Assembly: GCF_009914755.1 (NCBI RefSeq)
Contig: NC_060933.1
Length of the DNA: 64,000 nucleotides
Reading direction: 5' to 3' (one strand)
Source: the human T2T-CHM13v2.0 reference genome, Homo sapiens
Made by a program: the position numbers and the translations under genes
The notes under the pieces: model-generated
Seen by the model: the letters and a program-made list of their open reading frames with translations, nothing else
Database searches by the model: none
What the model was told of the DNA's origin: nothing
Shown here: positions 12,696 through 31,379 of the stretch, piece after piece
Numbering within the stretch: position 1 is the stretch's first letter
How the letters are laid out: each line of letters starts with the position of its first letter

Positions 12696-13603
12696 GAGGA
12701 GGAGGAGCCAAGATGGCCGAATAGGAACAGCTCCGGTCTACAGCTCCCAGCGTGAGCGACGCAGAAGACAGGTGATTTCTGCATTTCCATCTGAGGTACC
12801 GGGTTCATCTCACTAGGGAGTGCCAGACGGTGGGCGCAGGCCAGTGTGTGTGCGCACCGTGCGCGAGCCGAAGCAGGGCGAGGCATTGCCTCACCTGGGA
12901 AGCACAAGGGGTCAGGGAGTTCCCTTTCCGAGTCAAAGAAAGGGGTGACGGACGCACCTGGAAAATCGGGTCACTCCCACCCGAATATTGCGCTTTTCAG
13001 ACCGGCTTAAGAAACGGCGCACCACGAGACTATATCCCACACCTGGCTCAGAGGGTCCTACGCCCACGGAATCTCGCTGATTGCTAGCACAGCAGTCTGA
13101 GATCAAACTGCAAGGCGGCAACGAGGCTGGGGGAGGGGCGCCCGCCATTGCCCAGGCTTGCTTAGGTAAACAAAGCAGCCGGGAAGCTCGAACTGGGTGG
13201 AGCCCACCACAGCTCAAGGAGGCCTGCCTGCCTCTGTAGGCTCCACCTCTGGGGGCAGGGCACAGACAAACAAAAAGACAGCAGTAACCTCTGCAGACTT
13301 AAGTGTCCCTGTCTGACAGCTTTGAAGAGAGCAGTGGTTCTCCCAGCACGCAGCTGGAGATCTGAGAACGGGCAGACTGCCTCCTCAAGTGGGTCCCTGA
13401 CCCCTGACCCCCGAGCAGCCTAACTGGGAGGCACCCCCCAGCAGGGGCACACTGACACCTCACACGGCAGGGTATTCCAACAGACCTGCAGCTGAGGGTC
13501 CTGTCTGTTAGAAGGAAAACTAACAACCAGAAAGGACATCTACACCGAAAACCCATCTGTACATCACCATCATCAAAGACCAAAAGTAGATAAAACCACA
13601 AAG
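12696..13603 (+). promoter_or_regulatory. L1Hs 5'UTR: CpG-rich sense promoter with YY1 site (caagatggccg, 12709-12719) and antisense promoter
   Basis: Matches the L1Hs 5'UTR with many CpGs retained; bidirectional promoter is established for L1Hs. Confidence 0.88.
12933..13148 (-). CDS. L1 ORF0, 71 aa, intact (MAGAPPPASLPPCS...RHPFL); splice donors after 13043 (phase 1) and after 12958 (phase 2)
   Basis: Translation matches primate L1 ORF0; donors CAG|gtgtgg and CAG|gtgcgt at ORF0 nt 106 and 191. Confidence 0.88.
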   Translation of the reverse strand: MAGAPPPASLPPCSLISDCCASNQRDSVGVGPSEPGVGYSLVVRRFLSRSEKRNIRVGVTRFSRCVRHPFL

Positions 13604-14619
13604 ATGGGGAAAAAACAGAACAGAAAAACTGGAAACTCTAAAACGCAGAGCGCCTCTCCTCCTCCAAAGGAACGCAGTTCCTCACCAGCAACAGAACAAA
13701 GCTGGATGGAGAATGATTTTGACGAGCTGAGAGAAGAAGGCTTCAGACGATCAAATTACTCTGAGCTACGGGAGGACATTCAAACCAAAGGCAAAGAAGT
13801 TGAAAACTTTGAAAAAAATTTAGAAGAATGTATAACTAGAATAACCAATACAGAGAAGTGCTTAAAGGAGCTGATGGAGCTGAAAACCAAGGCTCGAGAA
13901 CTACGTGAAGAATGCAGAAGCCTCAGGAGCCGATGCGATCAACTGGAAGAAAGGGTATCAGCAATGGAAGATGAAATGAATGAAATGAAGCGAGAAGGGA
14001 AGTTTAGAGAAAAAAGAATAAAAAGAAATGAGCAAAGCCTCCAAGAAATATGGGACTATGTGAAAAGACCAAATCTACGTCTGATTGGTGTACCTGAAAG
14101 TGATGTGGAGAATGGAACCAAGTTGGAAAACACTCTGCAGGATATTATCCAGGAGAACTTCCCCAATCTAGCAAGGCAGGCCAACGTTCAGATTCAGGAA
14201 ATACAGAGAACGCCACAAAGATACTCCTCGAGAAGAGCAACTCCAAGACACATAATTGTCAGATTCACCAAAGTTGAAATGAAGGAAAAAATGTTAAGCG
14301 CAGCCAGAGAGAAAGGTCGGGTTACCCTCAAAGGAAAGCCCATCAGACTAACAGCGGATCTCTCGGCAGAAACCCTACAAGCCAGAAGAGAGTGGGGGCC
14401 AATATTCAACATTCTTAAAGAAAAGGATTTTCAACCCAGAATTTCGTATCAGCCAAACTAAGCTTCATAAGTGAAGGAGAAATAAAATACTTTATAGACA
14501 AGCAAATGCTGAGAGATTTTGTCACCACCAGGCCTGCCCTAAAAGAGCTCCTGAAGGAAGCGCTAAACATGGAAAGGAACAACCGGTACCAGCCGCTGCA
14601 AAATCATGCCAAAATGTAA
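13604..14619 (+). pseudogene. L1 ORF1 with a 1-bp deletion near 14450; stops at 14461 (285 aa instead of 338)
   Basis: 'tatcagcc' against consensus 'tatccagcc'; ATG to native TAA spans 1016 bp rather than 1017. Confidence 0.92.
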
Positions 14620-14658
14620 AGACCATCGAGACTAGGAAGAAACTGCATCAACTAATGA

Positions 14659-18510
<3,852 letters not shown>

Positions 18511-20267
18511 ACAATGAGATCACATGGACACAGGAAGGGGAATATCACACTCTGGGGACTGTGGTGGGGTCGGGGGAGCGGGGAGGGATAGCATTGGGAG
18601 ATATACCTAATGCTAGATGACACATTAGTGGGTGCAGCGCACCAGCATGGCACATGTATACATATGTAACTAACCTGCACAATGTGCACATGTACCCTAA
18701 AACTTAGAGTATAATAAAAAATAATAATAATAAAAAAAAATAAAAAAATAAAAAAATAAAGTAAAAAAAAAAAAAAAGAAAAAAAAAAGAAAAATTGTCA
18801 ATGTAGATTTGTATATTCAGCTAAACTACAATTCAAGAGCAAGGGCAAAATACTATTAGTTTCTGACCAAGACTGTGTAATTCATGACTCTTGCTGGAAA
18901 AGATGCAAAGAACATCTTCAGGAAGTAGAAACATGAAACTCAAATGGAAGGAGTGTGATGCAAAAAGAAATAGTGGTGAAAAAATTAATAGACATGTAAA
19001 TAAATATACATAAGCAGTGACTGCAGTTAAAAAATGACTGATTTGGAAAGCTGTAAGATAAAAGGGAAGTAAAAAGGTACATAGTGATAAGACATTTAAG
19101 ATGGGAGTGCTGACAGAAGTTAATGCTTTCTAAAGTCTTCAAGTTGTTCAGGAAGAAGGCAGAAATATTAAGTATGATCTTAGGATATGGAAAAATGTCT
19201 TAAGCCTGACAAAAAAAATCCCTAAAGGACTCTAAAGGAAACAACTGATAAATATGGGTATATTAAAATAAAAAATTCTATAACAAAAGGCACCATAGAG
19301 TAAAAACGAAGCCACAGATAAGCAGAATATCTTTGCAACTCATGTAATAAAAAAGGGATTGGTTTCCTGAAAATATAAGTCAATATGAAAAACAAAATGG
19401 GAAAGAGACACAAACAATTCATCCCTAGAATAAGAAATATGCACTTTCAATAACCCTTTGGAAGGTTGTATACCCAGTTAAACTACAATTTGAGAAGTGT
19501 TTATAGTCTTAAAGTAATTTCTGGGAAGAAACAATGGGAAAACCTTAAACAATGATGAAATTGGAAAGAAGAATCAACTGTGATAAACACTATTGTAGGC
19601 AAAGTTGTGGAGCTAGGGAAGCTATCTCACATATTATTGTTTAGAGTGTTAACTGGTATGGTCACTCCTGGGAGCATTTGGTACTATCTTGCAAAGTTAA
19701 AAATGTGCATCTTCCATGACTGGACAATTCCAACTCTTCGTGTCTAGGTCAGAGATGTTCTTTTACATGTGTGCCAGGAAACATGCAAGAATATTTACTT
19801 CAGCACTTGTATTCAAACGAAGTAAATAAATTAACCCTCTACCAGTAAGATGGTAATTTAGAGATAGCTCGTTCTGACAAGAAAATACTGTCTATCAGTG
19901 AAAATAAATTCAGTTGATTTACATGTATCGAGAGGGATAAATGTAAAAAAAGATAAGGTTAAGTGAAAAATCAAAGCTTCAAAAGGATGCTTAGAATATG
20001 AAGCAACAGATACAAAAATTAAAATATATAAATTAATAGGATATTTGTTTATGGGGGAATATGTATTTAATAAAGACAAATATCCATGTTTGTTACTTTG
20101 AGGAGCATAGATGAGTGATGAGAATGGCTTCTAATTATATCTGTAATATTGTGTTTCTTTTATAAATAGAGATCTAAGGTAATGATGACAAGAATTTAAC
20201 ATGCACTTTTATTTCAGCAATGGATACATGGGTGATTTTAAATAGAGAGAATTTTATTTTTTGGCAT

Positions 20268-20695
<428 letters not shown>

Positions 20696-22621
20696 TAAAG
20701 GGGCATCATTTTTCTTCTCATCAAGAGTTTTAATTTCAGAAAAATAAAACTGTCTCCTAACAGTTATTTTTTTTTCCTTTCAGAAAAAGACTACACGTGG
20801 TAGTGATTTGGGACTATGTGTACTTCATATTAATTTGATTAGCTAGCTCAGATAGCTTCCCCATATATTATTGAAATGTCATCACTTTATATGCTAATAA
20901 TGATACAGAAAACAATAAAGCCATATTTACATCATACTTCATATATATAACACACTTTTATAAAAATGGTCTCATACCCTTTAACAATTACATAATTTAG
21001 ATGGGCAGATCTGATTCAATCTTTTCAATGACAGAAAAAGTTTCCACAGACTATGATCTTGCATAGAACAAATGGGCCTGTAAGAGAATGTGGCCCAACA
21101 CCTTCATGTCTTAGCTATAAAGTAGGAATAATACTTCTTCTGCCAAACTCCATCTTTGTAGAAGGAAGTACATGAGATGATTCACATAGAATTCCTCTAA
21201 ATAAAAAATCCTCTTCAAATGAATAGATTTTTTAATCGTTTTCATAATTGTCTTAATTGATTCTTTAAATCACTTTTAGATAAACGTTAGGCAGACATAA
21301 AACTCATCTTACTATATCTTCTAAGTGAACAATTTGTGAGGATGTGTATGATTTGTGAAGAGGAAAAGGTATAAATCTGTACATGTAGCATCATCTTTAA
21401 TATTCAAAAATACATGCAAAGACAAAATTCTAGGAAGAAATGAAGTAAAATATTACCAATATTTGTCTTTGGGTAATAAAATCATGGATGACTTTTAAAT
21501 ATAGATTTTGTGTTTTCTAGTTGTATATGGTGATCATGCATTACTTTTTAAATCAGAAAAAGCCCCAGCAATAGTCAATATCTAGATATTGTTTGGAACA
21601 TGTATATTTGCTAAGATTTCACAAACATTTAAATGACTAATTTTAAATAGTCCTATCAGTTCATTAGGGGTAGTTTCTTATGTGAGTGAGTCCACAGGGG
21701 ATAGATGGGACAATCAAAAGCCATTCCTGCATTGACATTTTAATATTAAAGATTCCTTGTTCACTTAAGAAGATGTTAAGATTTGGGCTTCAGTTATTTA
21801 TGCAAGTCTTTAACTCTTATTATCTTTTCGCAAGAAAATATTGTGGCCACCTGCTGGCAGTCATGTATTAGTGGAATGGTTTTCTATTCCTGTGAAGTAA
21901 AATCCAACTTCCATGAAAATACAGAAACTGCACCAATCATCATAATAATGGCTAAGTTTGTTGGGTTCATTGATTTTTTTTTTCTGGTTAGGCCATGTAT
22001 TATATCATTTTATTTCTCACAATATCCATAAGTATGAACTCATTTTATGCAGGAGGACCATCAAGGCAGAGCGGTCACACTATTTCCCTAAGGCCCCACA
22101 GTTAGTGAACAACAGAGTTGAGATACAAATCCAGAAAATGGCAACTTTTCTGCTGTGTCAGCTTGTGAAGAACAACTGTAGTAAATCTGGAGTGTGAAAG
22201 CCCTATTGATGAAAATATTTATTGAGGATGCATAGAGAAAAAACAATGATTGCAATGAAATGAAACTCAGATGACCTGAGATTTAGCCACCCCTCCATAC
22301 TTTATTGGTTGCATTGAGACCCTAAACTGATCATCCCAAAGGGAGTCTTTCCCTTCACTGTCCCTCACAGGGCTTTTGCGAAGATCAAATGAGACAATGA
22401 GTCTGAAAGCCCTTCGTAATTTGTTACCTGGTTTCCAGAGGTGATCTCTGAATTAAATAAGATCCTTAGAAATGTAAAAACCTGAACTTTATTATCTTTT
22501 TTCCTCCCTGTAGATATGTCATCTTTACGTTATGACTTAAGTCTTGCCTTTGGTTTTGCAGAATATAAATACACGAACGCTCACTTAAAGGTACTTTTTG
22601 CATCTTAGTAGTACAATATAA

Positions 22622-22963
<342 letters not shown>

Positions 22964-23185
22964 TTATTGAGGGTCTAATTTGATATACTACTCAAATTCC
23001 AGGAAAATATTATTTCCACAGGAGAATATACTCCGTCTCTGCAGGTAGGAAATAAAAGCATAAGGCTCTCTTTGTCTTTGGCTGCCAGGAAATTAAATTT
23101 CGTGTCCAATGGAGCCCATCTCTGCAGTCAGGAGCATCCACTTCCTTGGCTCTCAATGATCCTTTCCTTCACAGGCCCTACTCAC

Positions 23186-23353
23186 CCTTCTTTGCAAGTG
23201 TAAGTGACGGTGTTCCTGAAAGTGAAGTTATTCCCCGTAATGACAGCATCTTTGATGGCAGGTGGTTCTCCACAGAAGACGAGGTGACAGGCAGGTGGCG
23301 CTCTGTCCCAGATGCCAGAAGCCGTGCATTCAATAATGGAAGGGCCCTGTAAG
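23186..23353 (-). CDS. SVEP1: SVEP1 exon ~36, 168 bp, CCP (LQGPSIIEC...TYTCKEG)
   Basis: Acceptor cccgcag|CTTA, donor AGG|gtgagt; phase 2 to 2. Confidence 0.93.
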
Positions 23354-23992
23354 CTGCGGGAAAGAATGATGTTACTCTTTCATTGGCTATGGATTTGCTG
23401 CTATGGAGATAAAACAGGAAGAACTCTGGAGAAAATAAGGGACATTTGAGGAATTTGAGTACACAAAAATAGCATTTCTTCATATTAGATTGCTTTATAT
23501 GAAAGCAAGAGAAATCTAAACAAGCTATACACCATTTGAAACAATGAATGGGTGAAAACAATATAACAACAGTAATCACTTGGTGCATAGTAAAATATTG
23601 AATCTGCTTATGGGCAGTGGTGTAAGGCACTCCAGACCTGTGAAGAGCAGATTACTTGGATGAGAAGGGGTTCATTAGACTGGTTAGAATCCAGCAGGAA
23701 GAAAGACACTCACCTAAGTAGCCAGGAAATCAGGGCAACTAAGGTCAAAGGGAACTGTCCAGGCCATGAGCCTGGGCATTTGAACCATGCTGCCCCTGAC
23801 TCTGACCTCTGGTCTTCCTTTGACTTAAACCTCACATCCCTATGCCATGGCTTATCTGCCTTTCTTCTCAACTTGATTCTGATAGCATGCTTTAATTCAC
23901 TCCACTTTCTCTTCACTCGATCTGTTCCACTTCAGATCCTGTTGATCATGTTTCTGATCACAGTCTGACTTTCTCCACTGTCCCCTCTGTTT

Positions 23993-23994
<2 letters not shown>

Positions 23995-24026
<32 letters not shown>
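23995..24026. repeat. (AC)n microsatellite, ~16 units
   Basis: Seen directly. Confidence 0.95.
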
Positions 24027-24027
<1 letters not shown>

Positions 24028-24388
24028 ATTAATCTCCTACAGTGTTAAGAACCTAGCCCCTTATCTTGACATGCTTTTTCATAACATTCCATGCAATGTT
24101 GAGTACGTTTGGTAAGCTGTTTATAAAGAAATCCATCACAAAAGCATTTATCGGGTATTCTGTTTATGCTTCATAAACTATTTTTGCTTTCATGTTTAAA
24201 GTCTGAATGCTTACAGCAATTGAACTAGGACTCTCAGAGTCATAGTTAGATAGAATATTTTCTTGGGCATTTACCATTAGCTAGGTAGGCCTCGGGAAGC
24301 ATACAGATTTGAGAACATCCTCATATTTATAAATTTGTTTTTAGAGTCAGCCAGTCACGTACAAATGAAACTATTGAGTAAAGAATAC

Positions 24389-24930
<542 letters not shown>

Positions 24931-25515
24931 CTAAAGAAGATAGAGGAAAATTACAGGATATAATTTGCTTTATTTTGCATGCCGTTATCTGTGCCAAAAA
25001 CCTCTAAAAATATTAAGAATTTATACATATTGGAAAAGTTGATTTTTTTTCCTACTGAAATAATGCTTTTAAATTAATTTTTTTTTTCAAGATTGAATAC
25101 TGTATATCTTCCCCATAGGGAAGTAGGATAGATTTAAGAATTTGGCTTGCCTTCAGTTTGTGTCATGGATTAGTAACTACAAACAGGGAATCCTTGGCTT
25201 GAGAGTGGTGTGGTCTAGTCTGTTTCTGAGACATCAAGAGTATTCATTAGCTAGGAGCATCCACTCTCAGGGTGCCTCAAGGGGGCACTGGAGGTAATGA
25301 TAGATTATTGGTCAGGGGATTTAAGGATTCTAGATATAACTACCATTAAATTATTGGATTAAGATTTGTTCACACTATGTATCATTCGATTAATTACATA
25401 TTAATTCAAAAATGTCCTCTGCAATTATTTTCCCACCCCCTTTCTTTCAGTGTTATATCACTACCAGTATGCCATCAACATCTTCTACAATATAGTTTTA
25501 ATCTTAGATACTTAC

Positions 25516-25600
25516 CTATATGTCACTTTGCTGCCAAAAGTAAATGCTAACTCCTCAATGCAACCATTTTCTGGAATAGCCGGTTTACCACATGAAACAG
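25516..25600 (-). CDS. SVEP1: SVEP1 exon ~34, 85 bp, half CCP (AVSCGKPAIPENG...KVTYR)
   Basis: Acceptor gttaag|CTGT, donor TAG|gtaagt; phase 1 to 2. Confidence 0.9.
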
Positions 25601-25868
25601 CTTAACAAAGGAAAAACAAACACGTGACTTTTTTGAGACTGTGTGCAAAAATCTTTGAAATTTCAAGGGGCAGCTCAAGATCTTTTTTTGTTTGTTTGTT
25701 TTCTTTTTTTTTTTTTTGGTGTGTGTGTGTGGGGTCATGTTTAAACATGAGCCTAATACCTCAGTTCAAATACAAAGAACACTGATACAACATAACACTT
25801 CATATGTCTACGCCTTACCTTTCTAGGATTGCCAAACATAAGAAACGTGGTAAATTTACTAAACATAC

Positions 25869-26045
25869 CTTTACAATATGGTATTAGATGATTCCATTCT
25901 CCAGACTCCAAACATGTGATTTTGGTTACTCCCATCAACTGGTATCCTTCCTGACACGAAAATGTGACTTCGGCACCTACTGTATAAATCTCACCTGAGG
26001 AGTGGCCATTTTCCGGATTTCCTGGAGCCTTACATTTTATAGGTT
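25869..26045 (-). CDS. SVEP1: SVEP1 exon ~33, 177 bp, CCP ([14 protein letters not shown]...IPYCK)
   Basis: Acceptor ttctag|AACC, donor AAG|gtatgt; phase 1 to 1. Confidence 0.93.
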
Positions 26046-27509
26046 CTAGAAACAGACAGTTTTGGTGGAATAATAAGTGGCTTTCACACAACCATGCAAA
26101 GTCTCACAGCAAAAGAATTCCACTATAGTTAAGAAACCTGTTAAAATCGCAAGAGAAAACCTCGTGAAGGGAAATGCATGAGGGCCCAGAGACACATTGG
26201 ACATTAGACCAGAACATACATTTAATAAGCATTTAAGCAATAATAGTTTGAAACAGCAATTCCTAACAACAATATACATAATTTTTCTGGCTGCAAAGGT
26301 AGGCGCTCATTGGGAAAGTAGTGGTGGTGCTAGAGAGTGGCTTAGAAGGGCATTAGCCTCTTTCATCTGTTCCCTCTTCATACCCAGTTTTTCAGAGCAA
26401 CTGACTTGGTGTCAGGCTGATGGAAAGGCTGAATAAAGCAGATTCAGGAAAGTTTCCAGCCTCCCTTCCCAAATAGAGTATGGGCTCTGGGCTCTCCCTA
26501 TCTACAGATTCAGGGTCGGTCTCCACTGCTATAATAGGAAGGAGAAAAAGCTAAAGCAAGGTTTGGGCCAGTGTTGAGCAAGAAAAGTGAATATAATACT
26601 TGAATTCTCAAAACGGGAGGATATATTGCATCAATCTTTTCAAAGGCCATTTGAGCTATATAAGTCAAGGAGTTTAAACAAATTCTTAAAGTAAATGCAA
26701 TTATGAGCTGATTTTGAGGAAAACAGCCAGAGGTAAGCATAAAGATGTATGTCCAAAGATGCTTATTAAACTGTTTTCCATAGTGAATATCACCTAATAT
26801 TAACATACAGAGAAAAGTTACTTATGGAAAATCCATAAAGTGAATTATAAAACAGGAATTAAAATCCTGCTCTCAAACTATTTTGTGACACCAAAAATGT
26901 GCCTGATATAATATTACATGAAATAACTAAAATAAAGAACTGTTTATATGGTGTGTTCATATAGACATCTTATTGTTTTCCAGGAGTTACTCTTCACAAC
27001 AAATGAAGAAATACAACAACGGGTTGAGAGATGATCTGGTATTATCAAAGCTATTTCAAAATATTGTAGTGCAAGATGTCTTGGGGAGGCAAGATGTCTA
27101 TTTTTTTTCAATGATATAATTTTATGTGACTGAGGCAGAGGAAAGATATTGATAGTGAAGATGTGATAAAGCATCTTCCTTGCTCTGATTGAGGCAGGGA
27201 TGTCACTGATTATATTTCTATATCCACTCTATTATTCTTGTACTATGTAGACGTTTCAACATTGTAGAATCATAGTTGGCTGTCAGTTTTGTTTCTGAGA
27301 AATTGGGAAGTTGGGGGAGGCACAATGCTACTTTAAAGCACTTTTAGTTGTTACTGATGTGTCTTTTGTAAGAACTTTATCTTATCTGCCTACCTGTATG
27401 CCCTTTGAAGTTGAAACAATTATCTCACTTAGAAATAACATACACTTAAAATATGTACTTGAATAAAAGAATGGAATTAGGAACTTTTAGTTCTACATAT
27501 ATTGGTTAC

Positions 27510-27629
27510 CTGCACAGTTTTTCCCATCTCCTGTGTACGGTGGGACACATGAACATATGTAGGATCCATCTACGTTCAGGCAAGAAGCATGCTCACTACA
27601 ATCTGATCCAACTGCACACTCATCGACAT
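27510..27629 (-). CDS. SVEP1: SVEP1 exon ~32, 120 bp, calcium-binding EGF ([11 protein letters not shown]...KNCA)
   Basis: Acceptor ttttag|ATGT, donor CAG|gtaacc; DxDEC cbEGF pattern; phase 1 to 1. Confidence 0.93.
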
Positions 27630-28056
27630 CTAAAATGAAGACAGCTTATAAATATTAAAGTTGATTCCTTTTCCGTATGTATCAAACATCTGTTTTTACT
27701 TTTAAATCATTACATATCACGTAATGCACAACACTTCATATATTTGTATAGAATTTAAATATAACAGTCATAATCACATTGCAGATATACAATAAAAGCT
27801 ATTATTTCCCTAGTTTATAGGTGGGCAAGTATAAGACAGGGATATATAAATATAGTCTTAATATGGAGCCTGATAAAAATTTAAAACATTTCTGGCACCT
27901 CTACATACAGCTGCTTTGTCACTATGGCTTGGCCAGAGCTTACTGGGATGAGATAAAGTTAACAAAGCAATGCCTCAAGAACCTCAGGAATTTGGGATGA
28001 CTGTCATCTACAGAGCTAGAATAATCTCATATAGTAGTTGCCAACATTTATCTCAC

Positions 28057-28230
28057 CAAGGCAGGATGGTGAAACGCCGTTCCAGCTCCCATTATCTGTA
28101 CAGAACATCCTTGAGTCACCCAATAGATAGTAGCCATTGTTGCACTGGTAGGTTACTGTGCTGCCAGCATAGAAGTCATCGGCTGAATGGAAGCCATTCT
28201 CCAAAGGAGGTGGCACCCCACAGCTAATGC
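28057..28230 (-). CDS. SVEP1: SVEP1 exon ~31, 174 bp, CCP ([12 protein letters not shown]...SPSCL)
   Basis: Acceptor ttacag|GCAT, donor TTG|gtgaga; phase 1 to 1. Confidence 0.93.
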
Positions 28231-28462
28231 CTGTAAGGTGACCAGGAAGAAGACAACGACATTAAGAGCAAAATACTCCAAGAACACTTTATTTGTATTA
28301 AACTAGCAGTTCAGTTAAGCATGACATTTTTACTGAATGCAAACATCAGACTGAGGGTGTCCTAGGGATAGCAGCAGCCTGAACCCTCAGCGTCTAGCAC
28401 ATTGCCTGGCTCACAGTAGGCATGCAATTCATTTATTCAAAAAACATTTACCCACTAGACGC

Positions 28463-28865
28463 TGATAAAGTTTGGATATTTGTCCCTGCCCAAATCTCAT
28501 GTTGAAATGTGATCCCCAATGTTGGAACTGGGGTCTTGTGGGAGGTGTTTGGGTCATAGGGGCAGATCCCTCATGGCTTGGTGCTGTCCTTGCAATGGTG
28601 AGTGAGTTCTCGTGAGATCTGGTTAAGTGTGTGGCACCTCTCCCTCCACTGTCTCTCTTGCTCCTGCTTCTGTCATGTGATGTGCCTACTCTTGATGCCT
28701 TCTGCCATGAGTAAAATCTCCTTGAGGCCTCCCCAGAAGCTGAGCAGGTGCCAGCACCATGCTTCCTGTACAGCCGGCAGAACTGTGAGCCAATTAAATC
28801 TCCTTTCTTTATACATTACCTAGTCTCAGGTATTTCTTTATAGCAATGCAAAATGGCCTAACACA
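28463..28865. mobile_element. MaLR solo LTR (MSTA/MSTB-like) inserted into an L2 remnant
   Basis: tgat...'cccaaatctcatgttgaaatgtgatcccc'...'ctttatagcaatgc...cctaacaca'. Confidence 0.85.
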
Positions 28866-29059
28866 TAGACACTGTTCTAGGTGCTGGAGTTACAGCAGTG
28901 AGCCAAACAAACAAAATCCCTGCCTTATGGAGCTTATTATCTAGTGGGGTAGATAGGCCAAAAAAAAAAAAAAAAAAAAAACGGTGAATATATCAGGTGG
29001 TAACAGGTGCTTATCTAAAATAGCAGTCTAGCCTCCACCTAACCCTCATTTTGTATTAC

Positions 29060-29380
<321 letters not shown>

Positions 29381-29929
29381 TAGCCTCTTTTATTTTTCTT
29401 TACAGCTCTTGCTTCTAGCCCTTACCTTTATTATTTACTATAAATAAATATTATATTTACTTATTTTTCTGTCTCTCCTATTAGAATGTAAACTACATAA
29501 GAATAGGAGCTTTTTCCCCTGAACTGCTGCATCTCCAGGACCTAGATCAGTGCCTAGCACATAATAGGTACTTTAAAAGTTGCTGAATAAATGAATGAAT
29601 GAATGCACTCGACTGAAGATGGCTCTCCCTGTTTCCCCCTCCAGCAATGACCCATCTATCTCTGGGCCTCTACCTGTAGGGTGTGTCTTTCCAACCCTTT
29701 CAGTTCCTTGCATCACCTTGGATGCATGCACAAATGGTCCCTTTGGATCCTAATCACCCATCTCCTTCATGATGCCCAGCACAGTTCATTAAACAAAGAA
29801 AAGGTTCAATGAATATTTGGTATATTTGCTACTGTGAAGTATTCACTCTTTGTCTAGCATTCCTGAAAAGAGTTATGTTTTCAATATTTTTCAAAAGTCA
29901 CTGAAATGGCTTCAAGAAAGGCAGCTCAC

Positions 29930-30100
29930 GTTCACAGTGAGGAAGTGGTTGTGTCCACTGTCCTTGATTCAGACAGTACTGCACAGGGTTCCCGACCAGC
30001 TGGAAGCCTGGATCACAGAACAGATTGACTTTGGAACCTGGCTTTAAATCTTCAGATGCAGTTCTCAGATGAGGCACTGACCCTCCTAAGCGTGGGCAAT
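29930..30100 (-). CDS. SVEP1: SVEP1 exon ~30, 171 bp, CCP (DCPRLGG...LPHCE)
   Basis: Acceptor cctcag|ATTG, donor AAC|gtgagc; phase 1 to 1. Confidence 0.93.
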
Positions 30101-30258
30101 CTGAGGGCAAAGAACACAGGTGCAGAGCTTGTCAGCGGCATAGTGGTAGCATCACCAAGTCAATGATTTCAAACTGTATTCTGTATCAGCATTTGAGAGC
30201 CACCTTACTGATGTGAAAACAAGTTAACATGTAACCAGATCACTGGCAAGCAAAATCA

Positions 30259-30260
<2 letters not shown>

Positions 30261-30315
<55 letters not shown>
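30261..30315. repeat. Pure A55 homopolymer (U55 in the SVEP1 pre-mRNA)
   Basis: Seen directly; no adjacent Alu or L1 body. Confidence 0.95.
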
Positions 30316-30316
<1 letters not shown>

Positions 30317-30869
30317 CATTTAAGTCAATAACTCTCCCTCTTTCAAAATATTTTAGGAATGTTAATGAAATGTTCTTGTAAGTTATCAAAAGCCATAAAT
30401 TCTAGGACAGTCTAAGAAACTCATTTAAATAAATTTGATTTTATGATACAGTTTTGATCATTCAGTTTTAGTGTGCAGATTGCAACATCCATCGCTTTTC
30501 TCCCTGTGCTACCTGTTCCTAGATACCTTCTACAAATTATAGAACCAAAAGAGTACCCCATCTCAAACAGGTGCATAGTATGTCGGTGGGCCTTGAAAAA
30601 AATAACCTCATTTCTTCTCTAATTTTCCTGATATTATTTTACTTTCATCCAAATTTCCTAATTATATTTTGTTATACAGAATATATTTTTGCATTAAAAA
30701 AACAAATCCTTTGGATGAAAATAGGGTAAATATGAATTACTAGTTACAAAAAGTAGATTGACAGTCACATACGATTGGACCGATAGAGAATTCTGAACTG
30801 TCTTCTTTTGCTAGACAGTCCCAGGGTGGTCAAGAGATAGTGGAGTCTATGAAAGAAGGAAATTCTCAC

Positions 30870-30993
30870 CAGAACAAAATATGCTCTTAGAATCGATCTT
30901 CACTTTCCCCACAATTCCTGACAAGAAATCAGGCCATGCTAACACGTTTCCTTTACTGAGTTCCTCTGGGCAGGAGGTAGCCAGTGACTTCAC
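30870..30993 (-). CDS. SVEP1: SVEP1 exon ~29, 124 bp, pentraxin C-terminal part ([11 protein letters not shown]...GNVLAWPDF...IFCS)
   Basis: Acceptor tttcag|GTGA, donor CTG|gtgaga; phase 0 to 1. Confidence 0.92.
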
Positions 30994-31379
30994 CTGAAAG
31001 TTTAATAACACTTTAGATAAGCCTTACTTGTTCCATTAAGATGGAGTTATTACACATTAATTTAGTCCTATTGAAAACATTCACAGATTTTTTAGAGATG
31101 GGGGTGGAGGGAAGCAGGTATGATTTCAGGGGCAGCAGGAGATTCTCTTCTGTTTCCCTCTCTCCCAGCTCTATCATTCCCTCTCCCAGCTACTTCTCCC
31201 ACTAGACTCGTTGTTGCCTGAAATTTTGGAATCCTACACCTAGAATTCCCTATGTAAAGCCATGTGGTTTGTTAAGGGGTTGTAGAGGCTCTCCCCTTCT
31301 TCATTCTATGTCTTTGACCTCTGACACAGAATTGAGGAAGCTGAGGCTTAGAGATTCTTAGAGGCTCAGCCTCTGTAGT

